Part shown: positions 58,173 through 64,000 of the stretch, in pieces | Layout: each line of letters starts with the position of its first letter | Position numbering within the stretch: the stretch's first letter is position 1 | Source: an uncultured Erysipelotrichaceae bacterium | Lineage (GTDB): Bacteria > Bacillota_I > Bacilli_A > Erysipelotrichales > Erysipelotrichaceae | Reading direction: 5' to 3' | Assembly (NCBI GenBank): GCA_934699415.1 | Contig: CAKUWO010000001.1 | Span: forward strand, 18,947 to 82,946 | Length of the DNA: 64,000 nt | Made by a program: the position numbers and the translations under genes | The notes under the pieces: model-generated | Databases searched by the model: none | Seen by the model: only the letters and a program-made list of their open reading frames with translations | What the model was told of the DNA's origin: nothing

Positions 58173-59145
58173 GGCTAAACTCCAAAGAACCTTTTCCTTC
58201 TTTTACAACTAAATGGGCTAAAGCACCATTAATTAATGTCATGCGGGGATCTGTATGACCAATATCCGCATCTAGGGCAAGAGGCATCTTGTGACCAAAG
58301 ATTTTTCTTAAAGCCTTCTGATATTTAAAATGATTCTCATTTGGAAAAGCAGTACGCGAAAATAAAACTGCTTTCGTATTAATAAACCAATCATTTTCTT
58401 TCATCAAGAATAGACAATGATATAAATCTTCTCCTGTTAAGGCGAAGTTATCAATAAAGAAGATATTATCGCCATATTTAGTATTAAACTGTTTCATACC
58501 ATCATATTTAGTTCCAACAATATCTCTTAAAGCATCAACACAACCGCCAATCATTCTGCCCTTTATATCAACATCACCATTAGGTGTTTTATAATAAACT
58601 TTAGCTAAAGGTGAATTATCATCAATAAAACTTGTTTGATATAAATCATAAGATTCTTGTCTAATTAAATCTCCTTGCATATAAGCTAAAGCTGTTTTAT
58701 ATGCACGATCTTTTAATGGATTATCAAATGTTCCAACATTATGACCATAGATTGTTGCAATATCATATTTGGTAGTCAGTGTGAATAATAAAGTTGAGGG
58801 ATCACTCATTCCCATAAACCATTTAGGGTTTTTAAGATAAGCTTTATAGTCGACCTTATCTAACATTTCCATCAAGAAATCACCACCACTTGCACAAAGG
58901 ATTAATTTAACTTCATCATCTTTAACTAATTGATTAAATTCTTTACCTCTTTTAGTAGCAGAGCTTGATGGTGAACGATTATTTCTAACCGAGGCTGTTT
59001 CTTTAATTAAAAAACCATTTTCTTTTAAGCTTTCAAGAGCCTTTTCATAGTGTTCTATCTTTTTACCTACCCCATCACTTGGTGCAGTAATGCCGATATA
59101 ATCACCTCTTTTAATAAATGTTGGATAAATCATTTCATTCTCCAA
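58165..59145 (-). CDS. S66-family LD-carboxypeptidase-like peptidase
   Basis: Nucleophile context GMSDPSTLL and C-terminal DADIGHTDP His context. 326 aa. Confidence 0.75.
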   Translation of the reverse strand: MENEMIYPTFIKRGDYIGITAPSDGVGKKIEHYEKALESLKENGFLIKETASVRNNRSPSSSATKRGKEFNQLVKDDEVKLILCASGGDFLMEMLDKVDYKAYLKNPKWFMGMSDPSTLLFTLTTKYDIATIYGHNVGTFDNPLKDRAYKTALAYMQGDLIRQESYDLYQTSFIDDNSPLAKVYYKTPNGDVDIKGRMIGGCVDALRDIVGTKYDGMKQFNTKYGDNIFFIDNFALTGEDLYHCLFLMKENDWFINTKAVLFSRTAFPNENHFKYQKALRKIFGHKMPLALDADIGHTDPRMTLINGALAHLVVKEGKGSLEFSLE

Positions 59146-59896
59146 ATAAATTAGTATAGTTATGGTCTACAGCTGTTAATAATTCATCCATACTAATTCC
59201 TCTTAATTCACAAATCTTCATTGCAGCATATTTAACATATGCAGGTTCATTTCTTTTGCCTCTAAATGGTACTGGTGGTAAATAAGGACTATCAGTCTCA
59301 ATTAAGATATTATCAAGTGAAATAGCTTTCGCTGATGCTGGTTGATTAATAGCATTTTTATATGTTACAACACCACCAAAAGATAAATAATAACCTCTTT
59401 TTTGATATTCTAAAGCCATTTCTTTAGATCCAGCATAAGAATGTAAGACACCAGGAGTATGATAAGCATCAAGAATATCAAAAGTATCTTGATTAGCATC
59501 ACGACTATGAACAATAACTGGTTTATGTAGCTTCTTAGCTAATTCTATTTGCCTAATAAAGACTTCTTTTTGGGCTTCTTTATTATCTTTATCCCAATAA
59601 TAATCTAAACCAATTTCACCAACAGCTTTAATATCATCTTGACTTGCAATTTCTAATAATTCATCAAAAGTCATCACTTCATCCATCTTTTTAACATCTT
59701 CAGGATGAATACCAATTGATAAATCAAAATGAATTAAAGGATGTTTAATCTTTTTAGCTTTTAAATACTCATTCTTATTGCAACAACAAATCATGGTTTT
59801 GGTAATACCTGCTTCAACCATACGATTTAATACTTCATCTAAATCATCTTTAAAAGCTTCATCATAAATATGACAATGACTATCTAATAAGGGCAT
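59135..59896 (-). CDS. tatD: TatD-family metal-dependent hydrolase/DNase
   Basis: N-terminal LLDSHCH motif, later GEIGLDY and HSRDA contexts. 253 aa. Confidence 0.88.
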   Translation of the reverse strand: MPLLDSHCHIYDEAFKDDLDEVLNRMVEAGITKTMICCCNKNEYLKAKKIKHPLIHFDLSIGIHPEDVKKMDEVMTFDELLEIASQDDIKAVGEIGLDYYWDKDNKEAQKEVFIRQIELAKKLHKPVIVHSRDANQDTFDILDAYHTPGVLHSYAGSKEMALEYQKRGYYLSFGGVVTYKNAINQPASAKAISLDNILIETDSPYLPPVPFRGKRNEPAYVKYAAMKICELRGISMDELLTAVDHNYTNLFGE

Positions 59897-59897
59897 C

Positions 59898-61229
59898 TTA
59901 CTTACCTAAACAGAAATTTCTAAACATATGATCTATTAGATTCTCACGATATTCTTTACCTAAAATATCGCAAAGACAGCGGTAACTCTCACGGATATCT
60001 TCATTTAGTAAATCAATTGGCATTTCATCAATATTAATAAGTAAATTTTCTAAATTAGCTTTCGCTTCTTTCATTAAAGAAATCTGTCTTTCAGAATTCA
60101 AGATATCTTTATCAACCAAAGATACATTAGGCTCATATCTTTTAGTTAAATAATCCGTTAATTCTTTTACATCGTTTTCTTTAGCTGAGATATGTAAACC
60201 ATCAAATGGTTGTTTAATTAAATTTAAATCCGTTTTATTCCAAAGAATTAAGCGATCACTATTTTTAGTTAATTCTAATAATTGATAATCTTCTTCTTCT
60301 AAAACTCTAGAGCCATCTAAAACCAAAAGCACTAAATCTGCTTCTTTAACAGCTTGAATTGAACGATTTATACCAATCTTTTCAACAATATCTTCGCTTT
60401 CATGAATACCAGCAGTATCAATTAAATGCAATGTAAGCTCACCTATTCTAACTTGGTCCTCTACTAAATCTCTTGTAGTACCGGCAATTGAGGTCACAAT
60501 CGCTTTATCTTTACGTAATAAAGCATTTAATAAAGAACTTTTACCAACATTAGGTTTGCCAACAATAGCAGTTCTAATGCCGTCTTTAACAAGTGAGAAA
60601 GATTCTGCTTCTTTAATCATCTCTTTCATCTTTAAAATCCATTTTTCAACTTCTGGTTTAATGACATCCTGGCTCATCTCTTTTTCATCTTCATATTCAG
60701 GATAATCAATATTTACTTCAATCATCGATAAGATATTACTCATATCAGTAATTAAAGGATTAAGTAATCTCTCAATTGAGCCATCAACACCTCTTATTGC
60801 TGATTTAGCTTGAAGTAAAGAATTAGCTTCAATCATACTATTAACCGACTCGGCTTCTGATAAATCAATTCGTCCGGATAAGAAAGCGCGTCTTGTGAAT
60901 TCACCAGGATCTGCTAAACGGCAACCTTTTTGTAAGAGCAAATTTAAAATTCTTCTAGTATTAAAAACACTACCATGACAATTAATTTCAACCATATCTT
61001 CACCAGTATATGAGCGTGGTCCAATAAAGGTTGATATCAAAACTTCATCAATAACTTCATTTCCATCATAGATATGAGCATAGTGAATAGTATTAGCTTT
61101 TTGTTTATCTTCTTTTAAATCACTAATGAGTCTTGTATAAGATAAAGCATCTTCACCACTCATTCTAATAATTGAAATAGCTCCTGTCGCAAGAGGAGTT
61201 GAAATAGCGACTATTGTATCATTCCACAT
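59898..61229 (-). CDS. mnmE: tRNA modification GTPase MnmE
   Basis: MWNDTIVAISTP N-terminus matches family starts, so I use ATG 61229. G1 GKPNVGKSS. C-terminal FCLGK. Confidence 0.92.
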   Translation of the reverse strand: MWNDTIVAISTPLATGAISIIRMSGEDALSYTRLISDLKEDKQKANTIHYAHIYDGNEVIDEVLISTFIGPRSYTGEDMVEINCHGSVFNTRRILNLLLQKGCRLADPGEFTRRAFLSGRIDLSEAESVNSMIEANSLLQAKSAIRGVDGSIERLLNPLITDMSNILSMIEVNIDYPEYEDEKEMSQDVIKPEVEKWILKMKEMIKEAESFSLVKDGIRTAIVGKPNVGKSSLLNALLRKDKAIVTSIAGTTRDLVEDQVRIGELTLHLIDTAGIHESEDIVEKIGINRSIQAVKEADLVLLVLDGSRVLEEEDYQLLELTKNSDRLILWNKTDLNLIKQPFDGLHISAKENDVKELTDYLTKRYEPNVSLVDKDILNSERQISLMKEAKANLENLLINIDEMPIDLLNEDIRESYRCLCDILGKEYRENLIDHMFRNFCLGK

Positions 61230-61273
61230 ATCCCTATTATAACAAATAGCCCTATCATATAGGGCTATAAGCA

Positions 61274-62965
61274 TTAATCAAGAATATAAGCAAAGAAATC
61301 TTTCTTATCAGGATAATATGCAATCATCTTTTGGTAAAAATATTCTTTAATATTTTCATTATAATTACCAGTTAATTCATAAATGTAAACTTTAACCTTA
61401 TCATCATCTTTGCCTAAGATGAATTCATTACGTAAAGTAAAGATTTTGCTTACTTCTTCATCATGCATAATACCATCACTTATCACCTTATAAAGATGTT
61501 GGTAATTTTCATCAAGATAAAGAATTGGATCACTTATTACAAAGTATTTAATATAAGCAAAATCTCTTGGAAAACCATCTCTAATATCAAAAACATAAGA
61601 AACCATATTAGGGAAATCAATATCTGGCAACGTTGCATTTTTAATCGCCTCATCACAAATTAAATTATTACCAGTTGCAACATAAGAGAAGATGCCATCA
61701 TCTCTTGCTATTTCTTTTAGATAATTAGATAGATCTATTAAACCTTCTTTATAAGGATTCTCTTCAATATGTTTCTTAGTCTTAGTAAATAAAGGCAATT
61801 CATAGGGTGTAAAAACAATAAAACTTTGTATTAACAATAAGCTAATAAGCATTATTTGAAGATATTGTTCTTTAAGAGCTTTTAAACCATAAATAAATAA
61901 GAATAAGAAAGCTAAAGTAATAATTAAATAATGATGAATATCAAATGATTGCGTTCTAAAGAAAAGGAATGTAGGTATAAGAATAATTATTATTAAAGAT
62001 AATGCGAATTCTTTTTTAAGTATTAATAATTTAGCTAAAGCATATAAGGCTACTAAAGATATAAATAATGAGAAGAAATTAATAATCGCTAAAACTTTGC
62101 CTTCATGATTATAGTAAGCATATGCTTCAACATTATTAACCATCATGACATTTATAAAGAAACCTCTAAAGAATATTAGCAGGATAATTAAAGCTAATAA
62201 GCCTGATAAAGTGAATTTAAGGGCGCTAGATAACCATTTATGATTCTTATAGGCATAGATAATACCTTTAACCATATAAGCTAAATAAGCCCCTACTAGG
62301 GCAAATAAATACCATCTTCGCTCAAACATCAATAATAAGGTTAAGAAATTAAGTATTAAAACATCTAACTTATTAATATCTTCATAATTATTAAATAAAG
62401 TAATGATATAAAAGACTAATAATGGTAATAAACCCAAAACATCTACACGCCCATAAAAGATAGTTATCCATAAAGGATAGAAAGCTAGTAAAACAAGTAA
62501 TGGTAATAAATAACCATCATAATAACGATAGTATAAAAGTAATAATAAATAGATTGTTGGCAATAAGAAGATATAGAAATTAATTAAACAATAAAAGGGA
62601 TATGAATTATTTATTAATAAAGGCCAAAAATTGAATAATGAAGGTAGATAACTATAATCACTAGTATTAATAGTTGTATATACTTTATTAAATAATTGAC
62701 TTGGATTCTCATAGAAGATTTGTAACATCTCTAAGCTTTTAACATAATATCCAGCATTGTCATAAACATATATAGCGTTCTTTTCAATTTGGAAATAACT
62801 AAAAATAGCTAATGTGCCAATTAAAGTAAATAAAAGAAGTACTAAAAAAATCTTTTTATAGTATTTAATAAAGACTTCACGATATTTATAACTTATGTAA
62901 ATTAAAAGAAAACATACTATAAGAGGATAAGATAAGATAGCTAATAAGCGATAGATATTATTCAT
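61274..62965 (-). CDS. large polytopic membrane protein, possibly a GT-C-fold glycosyltransferase
   Basis: 563 aa with about 12 hydrophobic segments. Asp-containing first loop (YVYDNAGYY) and a ~170-aa soluble C-terminal domain. The assignment rests on architecture only. Confidence 0.35.
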   Translation of the reverse strand: MNNIYRLLAILSYPLIVCFLLIYISYKYREVFIKYYKKIFLVLLLFTLIGTLAIFSYFQIEKNAIYVYDNAGYYVKSLEMLQIFYENPSQLFNKVYTTINTSDYSYLPSLFNFWPLLINNSYPFYCLINFYIFLLPTIYLLLLLYYRYYDGYLLPLLVLLAFYPLWITIFYGRVDVLGLLPLLVFYIITLFNNYEDINKLDVLILNFLTLLLMFERRWYLFALVGAYLAYMVKGIIYAYKNHKWLSSALKFTLSGLLALIILLIFFRGFFINVMMVNNVEAYAYYNHEGKVLAIINFFSLFISLVALYALAKLLILKKEFALSLIIIILIPTFLFFRTQSFDIHHYLIITLAFLFLFIYGLKALKEQYLQIMLISLLLIQSFIVFTPYELPLFTKTKKHIEENPYKEGLIDLSNYLKEIARDDGIFSYVATGNNLICDEAIKNATLPDIDFPNMVSYVFDIRDGFPRDFAYIKYFVISDPILYLDENYQHLYKVISDGIMHDEEVSKIFTLRNEFILGKDDDKVKVYIYELTGNYNENIKEYFYQKMIAYYPDKKDFFAYILD

Positions 62966-63064
62966 AATTCAATAGTCCTTTACTATTCATAATTATAGTT
63001 AAAACTGCCATAAAGAAATAGCTAATGCGTTATACTTTATATTGTATTTAGATGGGAGATTAAG

Positions 63065-64000
63065 ATGAATAGAGATTATGCAACATTTGCAGCTAATAAA
63101 GCCATTGAATTAATTAATATTGATTCCCCTACTGGTTTTACTGCTGAAATTGCTACAAAAGTAGCAGAAGAATTTGAAGCTTTTGGTTTTCATGTGACTA
63201 AAACTAATAAAGGTGCTATTTTAGTTGATTTTGGTGGTAAAGAAAATATAGAAGGTGCTCTTCTTTTTGAAGCTCATGCTGATACATTGGGTGCTATGGT
63301 TAAAGAAATCAAAGATAATGGTCGCATTAAAGCTACTAATCTTGGAGGACTTGTTGCAAGCAATGTGGAATGTGAGAATGTGAAAGTATATAGTCGCGGT
63401 GGCAAAATATATGAAGGTACATTCCAACTCATCAATGCTTCAAGCCATGTGAATAAAGAATTATCTTCAAAAGAAAGAACGTTTGATACGATTGAAGTTT
63501 TATTAGATGAAGATGTTAAAAGCAGAGAAGATACTAAAGCTTTGGGAATTGATGTTGGTGATTATATTTGTGTTAATCCTCGTGCTCATATTACTGAATC
63601 TGGTTATATCAAATCACGTTTCTTAGACGATAAACTCTCCGTTGGCATTCTATTAGGTTTCGCTAAATATTTAGTTGATAATAATATTAAACTTGAAAGA
63701 AGAGTTTATGCCTTAATTACTACTTATGAAGAAGTTGGACATGGTGGATCCACATCTATTCCTAGCGATGTTAAAGAAGCTATTTCAATTGATATGGGAT
63801 GCGTTGGTGAAGGATTACAATGTAATGAAAGACAAGTATCAATCTGTGCTAAAGACTCTGGTGGACCATATGATAAAGGTATTGTGGATCGTTTAGTAAA
63901 TGCTGCTATAAAAGAAAATGCCGATTATGCGATTGATATCTATCCTTATTATGGATCTGATGTTGAAGCGACATTAAGTGCTGGTTATGATATCAGACAT
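63065..64000 (+). CDS. M42-family metallopeptidase (FrvX/YsdC-like aminopeptidase), 3'-truncated by the window edge
   Basis: Not in the ORF track because it runs off the window. My translation from ATG 63065 (GGGAG upstream) reads MNRDYATFAANKAIELINIDSPTGF...EAHADTLG...RFLDDKLSVG...YEEVGHGG, in frame to 64000. Confidence 0.75.
   Translation, partial: MNRDYATFAANKAIELINIDSPTGFTAEIATKVAEEFEAFGFHVTKTNKGAILVDFGGKENIEGALLFEAHADTLGAMVKEIKDNGRIKATNLGGLVASNVECENVKVYSRGGKIYEGTFQLINASSHVNKELSSKERTFDTIEVLLDEDVKSREDTKALGIDVGDYICVNPRAHITESGYIKSRFLDDKLSVGILLGFAKYLVDNNIKLERRVYALITTYEEVGHGGSTSIPSDVKEAISIDMGCVGEGLQCNERQVSICAKDSGGPYDKGIVDRLVNAAIKENADYAIDIYPYYGSDVEATLSAGYDIRH

Noticed and set aside
61229-63064. 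Replication origin or DnaA-box cluster near mnmE.
   Set aside because: Only isolated one-mismatch TTATCCACA-like sequences were seen (for example near 62462). There is no cluster, and no dnaA or dnaN in the window.
63221-63427. 68-aa minus-strand ORF near the right edge.
   Set aside because: It is antisense to the plus-strand M42 peptidase reading frame, which starts at 63065 and carries clear family motifs.

Overview
This looks like a low-G+C Firmicutes chromosome segment. Gene order and protein motifs resemble Bacilli or Erysipelotrichia. The standard bacterial code applies: Trp is TGG and the long ORFs are not broken by TGA. I can support about 60 protein genes, 6 tRNAs, and a set of promoters and rho-independent terminators read by eye.

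Nearly everything between 13 kb and 63 kb is co-oriented on the minus strand and is housekeeping:
- tmk-holB-ricT-rsmI
- uvrA-hprK-lgt
- ecfA1-ecfA2-ecfT-truA
- pgcA and ptsH
- rpsF-ssb-rpsR-yybS-gdpP-rplI-dnaB
- mfd-pth
- mnmE-tatD

The left end carries a visibly more G+C-rich arginine deiminase cluster (arcA-arcB-arcC plus a YfcC/ArcD-type carrier), bracketed by tRNA genes.

I found no CRISPR array, transposase, integrase, prophage, or recognisable defence or toxin system.

The best candidate for an uncharacterised system is an autonomous two-gene module at 20494-26542. It pairs an MMPL/RND-type permease with a translationally coupled 1190-aa GLUG-repeat envelope protein. That protein has an internal membrane hairpin and an unassignable C-terminal domain. 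The module has its own promoter, a perfect operator-like palindrome, and no regulator nearby.

Secondary oddities:
- an Lgt-PpaX gene fusion
- a DnaQ-type exonuclease fused to a BRCT domain
- a membrane-anchored acidic protein with an RraB-like C-terminus
- a free-standing tRNA-Ile/tRNA-Ala pair outside any rRNA operon
- a LysM-M23 peptidase at the position where Bacillus carries walRK
- a shared TACGAA motif between two divergent secreted-protein genes

All family assignments come from motif recognition in the supplied translations. No searches were run. All promoter, terminator and RNA-structure calls are manual.
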